Of a DNA stretch of 64,000 nucleotides, positions 37,355-45,077 are shown in pieces; within the stretch, counting starts at the first letter, position 1; every line of letters begins with the position of its first letter. The position numbers were made by a program, and so were the translations under genes. The notes beneath the pieces were generated by a model. It had not been told where the DNA came from and searched no databases. It was given only the letters and a program-made list of their open reading frames with translations. The DNA is from an uncultured Polyangiaceae bacterium (GTDB lineage: Bacteria > Myxococcota_A > Polyangia > Polyangiales > Polyangiaceae): NCBI GenBank assembly GCA_964487605.1, contig CAZARU010000014.1, forward strand, positions 2,495 through 66,494, read 5' to 3'.

Positions 37355-39261
37355 CGATCCACCGTTCGGAGCGTCCGCGAGAGTGTGCGCGCGCCAGAGA
37401 ACCCCTTGGCCTCCGTGGACCAGAGGTCGGCGGTCACCGCCGAGAGCTGCCGCGCGGCTCGGCGATGCAGCTCCGCGACCTCCTTCGCGTCGCTCACGCG
37501 CGTGAGCGGGAAATCGGCGAGCGCTGCGGCGGCGAGCCGGGCCACGTCGTGTCCGAGGGTCTCGGACCAGGTGGGGGCACCGTAGCGTTCCGCCCAGCGC
37601 GTCAGCTCGTCGGGCGCCGGCGCGCGACGACGGAACGGGAAGGCCCCCGCTCCGACGGCGACCAGCGGCAGCGAGACGCGCGGCGAAGCCACGAGCGAAG
37701 CTGCATCCAGGCCGAGCGCGAACATGGCGGAGTATCCGGACGCTTGAGCCTCCCGCAGCACGTCGGAGGCGCACTCCGCGTCTGCCGTCACCAGGACGGC
37801 GTCCACGCGCCGTCGCTTCCACTCGACGAAAGGGAATCTCGAGCGAGCCGCCGCCGCCGGTCCTGCGAGGCACGCCGCGTCCGCGGCACCGAGGACTGGA
37901 ACGTCGTCGAAGCCCCGCTGCGCGAGCGCCTGCCGCAGCGTGTCGTCCGCGGCCGCGCGAGACTCTCCCACCGCGAAAGCGAACTCGCGGTCGGGCTCGA
38001 GACCGGAGGGATCGCCGACGATGACGACGGGGATGGCGACCGCCTCGGCGTGGGCTGCGGCACGAGCACGCGTGGCGTCGTCCATGCCGGCGACGAGGAT
38101 GCTCGCACCCTCCCCTGCGAGCTCGGCGAGCCCGCGCTCGAGACCGCTCGAGTCGTCGCGGATCACCAGCTTGACGGCGTCGGCGCGCGCCGCGCTGGCC
38201 GGAAGACCCAGCGCGCGCGACATCCCCGCGGCCACCTCCGCCGACCGCCGCCGTGCAGCGTCGGTGGACAGCGTGAGCAGCAGCCCCACGGTGCGCCCCG
38301 CGATGCTGGGCTGCACGCCTCCCCCGGTGGAGAGCCGCGCGAGACGACGCCCCAGGTCGCTCGAGTGGATTCGCGGGGGGCCGGATTCCAGGAGTCGGCT
38401 CGCGAGGCTCGGATCGCCCCGGTCGAGCGCGTCGGTGGCGAGCATCCGCCAGCTCGCCTTCCGCATCCACTCGCGCGCGCGACCGATCGACGACTCGTCG
38501 CGCGCCGTTCGCTTCGACGCGGCGTCGAGGCTGACGAGCGAGCGCTCGAGGGCGTCGCGCGGCACTCGGAGGAGCTGGGCCTCCACGGCCGCGGTGACGA
38601 GCTCGCGGTCGTGCTCGTCGGCGTGCGCCAGCCACGCGATCATGTGAGTGACGGCCTCGTCCCATCTGGATGCGGCCAGCGCCGCCAGGACGATCTGCTC
38701 GCCGAAGAGCCGGCGGTCCTCGGCATCGACCACCTTGCCGACGAGCGGTCTGAGTCGCGCCAGCGCAGCTTCGGCCCTTCCCTGTCGGACGAGCACGGCG
38801 GCTTCGACGATGACCGCGGCGTCCCGCGCGACTCCGTTCGGGCCGCTCGCCGTCTGCCTCGCGAGTTCCCGGGCGCCGGCGACGTCTCCCTGCTGTGCTC
38901 GCAGCCACGCCAGGAGCACGCGGGCACCGCGCGCGCGTCGGTCACCGGCGTGCTGCGCGACGAACGCGCGCAGATCCGCCTCGAGGGGCCCTCGCCGTTC
39001 GGGCGGGAGCGCGAGCCATCTGCGCTCGAGCGAGCGAAACTGCCGCTGCGCAGCCGCGGACTGGGCGAGCGCCGGTTCGGGGCGGACAGAGCGCTTGTCG
39101 GCGCCACCGCAGCCGAGGGCCGCGATGCCCGCGAGCAGGACGAAGACGGAGAGCGCGCGGCTTGACGGAGCGACCCCGTTCCCGTATCCCCGCGCGCGGG
39201 TTGGTTCGCTCGTCGTCGCGGGCTTCGGCCCGAGGTGACGCTTGTTCCGAGAGCAGTCCAT
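37351..39261 (-). CDS. LpoA-like lipoprotein: N-terminal TPR-like helical domain plus type-1 periplasmic-binding-protein fold
   Basis: Lipobox-like IAALGC. A helical N-terminal half. The C-terminal half has the pattern VGLLLTLS...ILVAGMDD...IPVVIVGD typical of LivK/LpoA-like folds. The function call is tentative. The ATG at 39261 would overlap the sdhC start by 20 nt. Confidence 0.6.
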   Translation of the reverse strand: MDCSRNKRHLGPKPATTSEPTRARGYGNGVAPSSRALSVFVLLAGIAALGCGGADKRSVRPEPALAQSAAAQRQFRSLERRWLALPPERRGPLEADLRAFVAQHAGDRRARGARVLLAWLRAQQGDVAGARELARQTASGPNGVARDAAVIVEAAVLVRQGRAEAALARLRPLVGKVVDAEDRRLFGEQIVLAALAASRWDEAVTHMIAWLAHADEHDRELVTAAVEAQLLRVPRDALERSLVSLDAASKRTARDESSIGRAREWMRKASWRMLATDALDRGDPSLASRLLESGPPRIHSSDLGRRLARLSTGGGVQPSIAGRTVGLLLTLSTDAARRRSAEVAAGMSRALGLPASAARADAVKLVIRDDSSGLERGLAELAGEGASILVAGMDDATRARAAAHAEAVAIPVVIVGDPSGLEPDREFAFAVGESRAAADDTLRQALAQRGFDDVPVLGAADAACLAGPAAAARSRFPFVEWKRRRVDAVLVTADAECASDVLREAQASGYSAMFALGLDAASLVASPRVSLPLVAVGAGAFPFRRRAPAPDELTRWAERYGAPTWSETLGHDVARLAAAALADFPLTRVSDAKEVAELHRRAARQLSAVTADLWSTEAKGFSGARTLSRTLRTVDR

Positions 39262-40018
39262 CGCGCGGTCGTCGGCACCCACGGCGTTCATCGCCCGCCG
39301 ATTGTTCTCCATCGCGGGCGTGGTCCCCATCGGTGCGTTCCTGGTGATCCACCTCCTGACGTACGCGCGGGCCCTGGGGGGTCGGGCTTCACTCGAGGAG
39401 GCGTTGGACCGCCGCATGAACACACCCTACCTCGTGTTGGGCGAGGTGGGCCTCCTGTACCTCCCGCTGCTGTACCACGCCGCCTACGGGATCAAGATCG
39501 CCCTCGAAGGACGCCCGAACGTCGGTGCGTACGGCCACTCTCGCAACTGGGCCTACGTGCTCCAGAGAGTCACCGGGGTCATCGCCCTGATCTACATCGC
39601 GGTGCACTTCTGGCAGTTCCGGCTGCAGATGCTGCTCGGCCGCATGGTCCTCGACGACCTGTATCCGAAGCTCTGTGCCTCGCTGTCGTCCACGTCCACG
39701 GCCGGCATACCGCTGGTCGCGATCGGGACGCTGCTGGGCATCGCAGCGTGCGTGTTTCACCTGGCGAACGGTCTCTGGGGGTTCTGCGTGACGTGGGGCA
39801 TCACGGTTTCTCGCAGCGCGCAGCGCATCGCTGGCGGGGTCTGTGGAGCGCTCGGCGTGCTCCTGTTCCTCGTCGCGGCGCACACGGTCATCTACTTCGC
39901 GACCGGAGCCGCCCTGTTCGACGTGGGCGGCCGCCGCGCGGGGACCTCGATGAGCTGCAAGGACCAGTCGGCAACGTCGGGGGTTTCCGAAGGCCGGACC
40001 GAGTGGGCGCGCAGGTGA
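39242..40018 (+). CDS. sdhC: succinate dehydrogenase/fumarate reductase cytochrome b subunit, b558 (five-helix, di-haem) type
   Basis: FIARRLFSIAGVVPIGAFLVIHLL resembles the B. subtilis SdhC N-terminus. Four conserved His sit in TM helices (VIHLL, LYHAAYG, AVHFW, VFHLANG). TTG start. Confidence 0.78.
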   Translation: MFREQSIARSSAPTAFIARRLFSIAGVVPIGAFLVIHLLTYARALGGRASLEEALDRRMNTPYLVLGEVGLLYLPLLYHAAYGIKIALEGRPNVGAYGHSRNWAYVLQRVTGVIALIYIAVHFWQFRLQMLLGRMVLDDLYPKLCASLSSTSTAGIPLVAIGTLLGIAACVFHLANGLWGFCVTWGITVSRSAQRIAGGVCGALGVLLFLVAAHTVIYFATGAALFDVGGRRAGTSMSCKDQSATSGVSEGRTEWARR

Positions 40019-41847
40019 AGGCGGCGCGCGCCAGAGCGCGACGAGTCATCGTCGTGGGAAGCGGTGCCGCGGGTGCAGCGGCGGCGATCCGACTCTGCGA
40101 ACTCGGCGTGCCCGTCACGCTGGTCTGCCTCGAGGGAGTGGGCGTGTCCGAGTCGGCCCTGGAGACCGGAGGGATCGACGCGGGCTCGGATGACGACGAG
40201 GTGGCGCATCACGTGGAGGACACCCTGAACGCCGCAGGCGGCCTCGCTCACCGAGCGCCGGTCGTCGAGCTGGCACGTTCGGCTCCGCGCGTGCTCGGGA
40301 TGCTCGAGCGCATCGGAGTACCGTTCGAGCGCACGCGCGGAGGCGGCATCGCGCGGCACCGGGGCGAAGGCGCGTCCGAGGCACGAACGGCGTACGCCGG
40401 CGCTGCCACGGGGAGCCTGGTCGTGCGCGCCCTCGGAGCGCAGCTCGCACGCTGGAGCGCCGCAGACGTGACCACCCCGCAGGGCGGCATCGCCGCGGGA
40501 GAGCGGATGCTACGCCTGGCGAGTCACCGCGACTTCGTGTCCCTCGTCCTGGACGACGCCGGTGCGGCCGTCGGCGTCGTCGTGCAGGACACGCGCACCA
40601 TGGCGTTCGAGGCGCTCACGGCAGACGCCGTGTGCCTGGCCACCGGCGGATTCGGCGCACTCTTCGCCGAATCCACGGGGTCGGCAGAGGCGACCGGTGC
40701 ACCCATCGCCGCGGTTGCTCGACAGGGAGCCGCACTCGCGAACCCGGAGCTCGTGCAGCTGCACCCCACGACGTTCCTGACCGCGGCGAAGCGACGCGTC
40801 GTGTCCGAGCGAGCCCGCAGCGCGGGCGCGCGGGTGTGGACGGCAAAGGGCGCGGACGACGCACGGCGCGCGCGGGAGATCGCGGAGCGCGAGCGTGACT
40901 ACCTGTTCGAGCGGACCTCGCCGAGCCTGGCCAACCTGCTCGCGAGCCGAGACGCCATCGGGCCGCTCGTCGCCTCGCTCGAGCGGAACCACGCCGCCTA
41001 CGTGGACCTGCGCCACCTGCCCCAGGCCGAGGCCGCGCGGGTGCTGGGTCCTTCCGGCGAGGCGTACGCGCGCGCGATTGGTGACGACCCCCGGGGCCTG
41101 GTTCGCGTCGTCCCGGCAGTTCACCGGTGTCTGGGAGGCCTGTGGGTCGACTTCGAGGTCGCTCCCGACGGCCGTCTCGCCAGTGGGAGCGTGCGCAACC
41201 AGGCGACGACGGTGCCGGGGCTCTACGCCGCCGGGGACTGCGAGTATTCGATGCACGGCGGCTGCGGGCTCGCAGGCAACGCCCTGTCCGGAGCGATCGT
41301 CGCGGGGACGCGGGCCGCGGAGTCCATCGCCATCCGCCAGACCGCGCTGGTGCGCAGCGCCTTCGACCTGCCGAGTTCGGTGTTCGAGAAGGCACAGGCG
41401 GCCGCCGAGGCGGACGCGGAGGCGCTCGCCAAGGCCCACGGGGCCGGAGACGGCGAGAACGCGAGGCAACTGCACGACGAACTGGCGGAGGTCATGTTCC
41501 GGCACGCCGCGCTCCCCACGGCGGGACGCGAGGTGGACGACGCCGTGGGCGCCCTCGAAGCGTTGCGCGAGCGTGCGGCCAAGGCGCGAAACCCGGACAC
41601 CAGCCCGACGAGCAACGACGAGATCCGGTTCCTTCGGCACTTGACCGCAATGCTCGACCTCGCAGGCGCCGTCCTCACCGGGCGGCGCGAACGCGCCCGT
41701 GAGGCGGAACCTCGGACCATGTTGATGGTTCACGAGGCCGGCGCCTTCGTCGCAACGGATCGCGTCACGTACCGTTCGGGCACGGCGACACTGTCCATCA
41801 CGCGCGCCGTGACCACCGCACGAGCCGAATCGGAAGCGAGCCACTGA
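40015..41847 (+). CDS. SdhA/FrdA-family flavoprotein subunit, catalytically divergent
   Basis: The VIVVGSGAAGAAAA FAD fold, RTAYAGAATG, LATGGFG, QLHPT, GLYAAGDCEYSMHGG. The covalent-FAD His (SESALETGGI) and the NR of HGxNRL (HGGCGLAGNAL) are both missing. The GTG start overlaps the sdhC stop (GTGA). Confidence 0.8.
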   Translation: MKAARARARRVIVVGSGAAGAAAAIRLCELGVPVTLVCLEGVGVSESALETGGIDAGSDDDEVAHHVEDTLNAAGGLAHRAPVVELARSAPRVLGMLERIGVPFERTRGGGIARHRGEGASEARTAYAGAATGSLVVRALGAQLARWSAADVTTPQGGIAAGERMLRLASHRDFVSLVLDDAGAAVGVVVQDTRTMAFEALTADAVCLATGGFGALFAESTGSAEATGAPIAAVARQGAALANPELVQLHPTTFLTAAKRRVVSERARSAGARVWTAKGADDARRAREIAERERDYLFERTSPSLANLLASRDAIGPLVASLERNHAAYVDLRHLPQAEAARVLGPSGEAYARAIGDDPRGLVRVVPAVHRCLGGLWVDFEVAPDGRLASGSVRNQATTVPGLYAAGDCEYSMHGGCGLAGNALSGAIVAGTRAAESIAIRQTALVRSAFDLPSSVFEKAQAAAEADAEALAKAHGAGDGENARQLHDELAEVMFRHAALPTAGREVDDAVGALEALRERAAKARNPDTSPTSNDEIRFLRHLTAMLDLAGAVLTGRRERAREAEPRTMLMVHEAGAFVATDRVTYRSGTATLSITRAVTTARAESEASH

Positions 41848-41854
41848 GGACGGG

Positions 41855-42679
41855 ATGCCGAACGAAGCCACCGAGACGCCCGAAGCTGCCGCAGCCCCCC
41901 CCGCCGAGGCCAGGGCGGCGGCACGGCGTGTCGTGGATGAGCCGAAGGTGAGGCTCCGAGTTCGTCGGCAGGACCGGTCCGATCGGCCGGAGACGCGGCG
42001 CACGGAGGAGTTCGAAGTCGACGGGCGAGCCGGAATGACGGTGCTGGACGCCCTGGCGGCGCTGCGTCGGAGCCCGACGACCGCGGACGGCCGCGCCGTG
42101 GCCCCGGTGGCGTTCGAGGGAAGCTGTCGCGAGGGCACGTGCGGTGGCTGCACGATGCTCATCGGCGGAGTGGCGCGGCTCGCGTGCACGACGCTGGTTC
42201 GGGACGCGAGCCGCAACGGCAAGCCCATCGTGGTCGCGCCGCTGAGCAGGTTTCCCGTCGTGCGCGACCTCATCGTGGATCGCGCGCGATTCGAAGAGTC
42301 CGTGGCGCGGGTCGGCGGCTTCATCGTCGCTGACGACCGCGGCGCGTCTCCCGCGCCGACCGCCCGGGTCAACGCACTTCGGTTCGCACTGGCTGCGTGC
42401 AACGGATGCGGCGCTTGCCTCGAGGCGTGCCCGCAGTGGGGCGAACACTCGGACTTCGTGGGACCCGCGGCTCTGGCTGCCGCGCGCTCTGCCAATCTCC
42501 ACCCGGTGGGCGCCCTCGATCGGGACGCGCGTCTCGACGCGGTCATGCAGCCCGGCGGCGTGTCCGACTGCGGAAAGGCGCAGAGCTGCGTGGAGGTGTG
42601 CCCGTCCGGCGTTCCGCTCACCGAGGCGATGGGCGACCTGGCGCGCGACGTGACGCTCCGCTGGCTCTTCGGGCGCTGA
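41855..42679 (+). CDS. sdhB: succinate dehydrogenase/fumarate reductase iron-sulfur subunit
   Basis: Three cluster motifs: CREGTCGGC...C (2Fe-2S), CNGCGACLEACP (4Fe-4S) and CGKAQSCVEVCP (3Fe-4S). SD GAGGA lies upstream of the ATG. Confidence 0.88.
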   Translation: MPNEATETPEAAAAPPAEARAAARRVVDEPKVRLRVRRQDRSDRPETRRTEEFEVDGRAGMTVLDALAALRRSPTTADGRAVAPVAFEGSCREGTCGGCTMLIGGVARLACTTLVRDASRNGKPIVVAPLSRFPVVRDLIVDRARFEESVARVGGFIVADDRGASPAPTARVNALRFALAACNGCGACLEACPQWGEHSDFVGPAALAAARSANLHPVGALDRDARLDAVMQPGGVSDCGKAQSCVEVCPSGVPLTEAMGDLARDVTLRWLFGR

Positions 42680-42721
42680 GCGCGTCGCCCGGCCGGAGCT
42701 CTTGCGCTAGGCTCCCGCGTC

Positions 42722-43240
42722 GTGCGGGTGCTCGCGGCCGTCCTCGCTTGGTCGAGCTGGGAGCTTTGCGCCTGCGTGGTCCCCGAGGGGCTGCGCCCCG
42801 TCGCGGTCGCGTCCCCCGGCCCCTCGACCACGTCCGCCGACGGCAGCGCGCCCGAAAGCCTCGAGGCCCACTCAAGCCCTGCCCCACGTGGCTCGACCTA
42901 CTCGTCGGGCGATGGCGAGCCGAGCGGTGGGCGGGCGACGGGCGGCGGGCGGCGGCGACCCTGCATGTTCGATCCATCGAACGCGACGTATCGCGAGTGC
43001 GCCCACCCCAGCATGGGACGCTGTCATCACTACACCACCACCTGCGAGCCCGACTGCATGTGGAACCCCAAGGAGAGCAGGCACCAGCGCTGCGCCCACC
43101 CCAGCATGGGACGCTGTCATCACTACACCACCACCTGCGAGCCCGACTGCATGTGGAACCCCAAGGAGAGCAAGCACCAGCGTTGCGCCCACCCCAGCAT
43201 GGGCGCGTGCCACCACTTCACGACGACGTGCGAGCCGTGA
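42722..43240 (+). CDS. exported Cys/His/Met-rich tandem-repeat protein (172 aa), family unknown
   Basis: GTG start 42 nt after sdhB. Signal-like MRVLAAVLAWSSWELCAC, a P/S/G linker, then three 31-aa units ending CAHPSMG[RA]CHH[YF]TTTCEP. Substitutions between the repeat copies are mostly synonymous in this frame. Confidence 0.6.
   Translation: MRVLAAVLAWSSWELCACVVPEGLRPVAVASPGPSTTSADGSAPESLEAHSSPAPRGSTYSSGDGEPSGGRATGGGRRRPCMFDPSNATYRECAHPSMGRCHHYTTTCEPDCMWNPKESRHQRCAHPSMGRCHHYTTTCEPDCMWNPKESKHQRCAHPSMGACHHFTTTCEP
42998..43237 (+). repeat. 93-bp tandem repeat, 2.6 copies (42998-43090, 43091-43183, 43184-43237)
   Basis: Copies 1 and 2 differ at 2 of 93 nt. Copy 3 is truncated by the stop codon and diverged mainly at third codon positions. 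Confidence 0.95.
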
Positions 43241-43256
43241 GCGTCCGGTGCAGCGT

Positions 43257-45077
43257 GTGAGCGTGCCGCCGACGGCACGCTGGCCGGGCGTCGCCGCGAT
43301 CCTGTTCGTCGGCTGCGCCCCGGCGCGCGGACCCGCGGACGCGGCGGAGCTGGCCGCATTGCGCTCCGATCCGAGGGCCCTCGTCGAGGAGGTGGCGCGC
43401 ATCCGCGGACTCGAGGACAGCCGCAAGACGCGCGTCGTGTTCGACGACGAACCGGAATTCGCTCGGGCCCTCGATGCGAAAGTGAAGGGTGACGCGATCG
43501 GTCCAACGTCGTCCGACACGGCCGCCTTCTTCGCGACGTTCGATCCGCCGTCGGCGCGTGCCAGGCGTGGCTCGTCGATTCACGAGGTGCTGGACGAGCA
43601 AGTCGTCGCCTTCTACGACGAGGGCACGCACAGCGTTCACGTGCGTGAAGCCGCGCTGAAGAAGAAGAGCGCCGACGAGCTCAGGTCCGTGCTGGCCCAC
43701 GAGATCCAGCATTCGCTGCAGACGCAGCACCTCGCGTTCCCCGACCTGGCGAAGGTGCTGGACAAGGACACGCGACTCGCGCTGAACGCCGTCCTCGAGG
43801 GGGACGCCATGCTCACCATGCTCGCTCACGCGGCGTTCCGACATCGCGTTCCCGTCAACCGCGCGCTCGCCAGGGCGTCACAGACCGTCGCCGAACGTTC
43901 GTTTCGCGACTACGCGAGCGCGAGCGGTACGTCGAGCGTCCTGGACCGAGCCCCATCGCTGGTCCGTGCTCGCCTCGTCTTTCCGTACCTGCAAGGCCTG
44001 ACGTTCGTGGGTGCGATTCACCGCGCCGGCGGCTTCGACCTGGTCAACCGAGTCTACGCGGCGCCGCCGAGCACCACCGAGCACATCCTGCACCCGGAGA
44101 AGTACCTCGCCGGCGAGCCTGCGGTGCCGGTCGAACCGCCGGACGCTCCGGAAGGCATGGAGGTCGTCGCAAGCGGTCGGGTCGGTGAGCTGCAGACGAG
44201 GGTCATCCTCTCACGCTGTCTGCCGCACGCGGCGGCGGCGTCGGCCGCGGCCGGCTGGGGGGGCGATGCGTTCACGATCGCCAGGGGCGCTCGAACGGGG
44301 CCGGCGCTGGTCTGGGCGACCACCTGGGACGACGAGCGCGAAGCGGGGGAGTTCGAGGCGGCCGCGAGCGAGCTCGTACGCTGCACGCGCGCCGCGGGCG
44401 CCGTCGGGCTGCCTCGAGGCGATTCGGTCGTGCGCCGCGGACTCCACGTCGCGGTCGTCCGCGGCACCTCCGAGGGCGGCGAGGCCCTCGCCGTTCAGGC
44501 CCTCGCTCGCGTGGGCGAACGCCCCGTCGCCGTCCCTCCGCTCGGTGGCGTCTCCATCCCGCCCATGCGTCGCGCGCGATCGTTTCGCGCCCCCTACGTG
44601 GCGCAGGGAACCTGGGTCAACGAAGAGCTCGGGCTGGTGGCCTCGATGCCGCCCGGGTTCGGCGCCGAGATGCCGAACGCGCGGACGGTCCTGTTCACGC
44701 GCCGAGAGCCCACGGCGATGATCGCCGGCATCGCCCTGAGCGACCAGGTCGCCAGCGGAGCGACCATCGACGAGCTTCACGCGGAGCTGGCAGCGTCCCT
44801 CGAGCAGGTGCTGCGCGGGCGCGAGCTCGAGTATGCGGGAGGCCGCGACGTCTACCTGCCCCACCTGGGACGCGCGGCGGAGCGCGCGTGGTACGTCGCA
44901 GGGACCGAGGCGGGGCTGCGCGCGCTGGTCGTACCCGTGTGTGACGGGACGGGGAGCTTCGTGCTGTGGGCCATCTGGGTCGACCGCGACGGGAGCTGGC
45001 TCCTCAGCCAGTGGCTCTCGACCGTGCGACCCACGGCCTGGGCCGAGCCGCCGATCTGCGCCGAGCTCAACCCTTGA
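43257..45077 (+). CDS. putative zinc metallopeptidase lipoprotein (HExxH ... EGDA)
   Basis: GTG start 14 nt after the repeat-protein stop. Lipobox-like ILFVGC. LAHEIQHSLQ (HExxH), followed about 30 aa later by AVLEGDAMLTM (candidate third ligand Glu). A C-terminal region of about 350 aa carries no recognised motif. Confidence 0.7.
   Translation: MSVPPTARWPGVAAILFVGCAPARGPADAAELAALRSDPRALVEEVARIRGLEDSRKTRVVFDDEPEFARALDAKVKGDAIGPTSSDTAAFFATFDPPSARARRGSSIHEVLDEQVVAFYDEGTHSVHVREAALKKKSADELRSVLAHEIQHSLQTQHLAFPDLAKVLDKDTRLALNAVLEGDAMLTMLAHAAFRHRVPVNRALARASQTVAERSFRDYASASGTSSVLDRAPSLVRARLVFPYLQGLTFVGAIHRAGGFDLVNRVYAAPPSTTEHILHPEKYLAGEPAVPVEPPDAPEGMEVVASGRVGELQTRVILSRCLPHAAAASAAAGWGGDAFTIARGARTGPALVWATTWDDEREAGEFEAAASELVRCTRAAGAVGLPRGDSVVRRGLHVAVVRGTSEGGEALAVQALARVGERPVAVPPLGGVSIPPMRRARSFRAPYVAQGTWVNEELGLVASMPPGFGAEMPNARTVLFTRREPTAMIAGIALSDQVASGATIDELHAELAASLEQVLRGRELEYAGGRDVYLPHLGRAAERAWYVAGTEAGLRALVVPVCDGTGSFVLWAIWVDRDGSWLLSQWLSTVRPTAWAEPPICAELNP

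Noticed and set aside
36872-38908. 678-aa track ORF that appears to be one long gene.
   Set aside because: Only the last 160 codons (from ATG at 37354) form TsaE. The upstream part is an out-of-frame overlap with the LpoA-like gene (37351-39261) and is Arg-rich nonsense.
40510-42831. 773-aa ORF on the - strand across sdhA/sdhB. Similar cases are 52892-54904 and 55865-57439 (antisense to the P-type ATPase), 10067-11314 (antisense to uvrD) and 25222-27468 (antisense to the esterase-like gene).
   Set aside because: All lie opposite genes with strong catalytic motifs and have shadow-ORF amino-acid composition.
42998-43237. Tandem 93-bp direct repeats considered as a CRISPR-like or minisatellite element.
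   Set aside because: The repeats abut with no spacers, are in-frame multiples of 3 inside an ORF, and no cas genes are present. They are coding repeats.
42888-43256. N-terminal 123 codons of the 729-aa track ORF, which also show a repeat (APTPAWDAVITTPPPASPTACGTPRRA).
   Set aside because: This is the same 93-bp DNA repeat read in another frame. Substitutions between copies are synonymous in the 42722 frame, not in this one. The metallopeptidase has a proper lipoprotein signal starting at GTG 43257.
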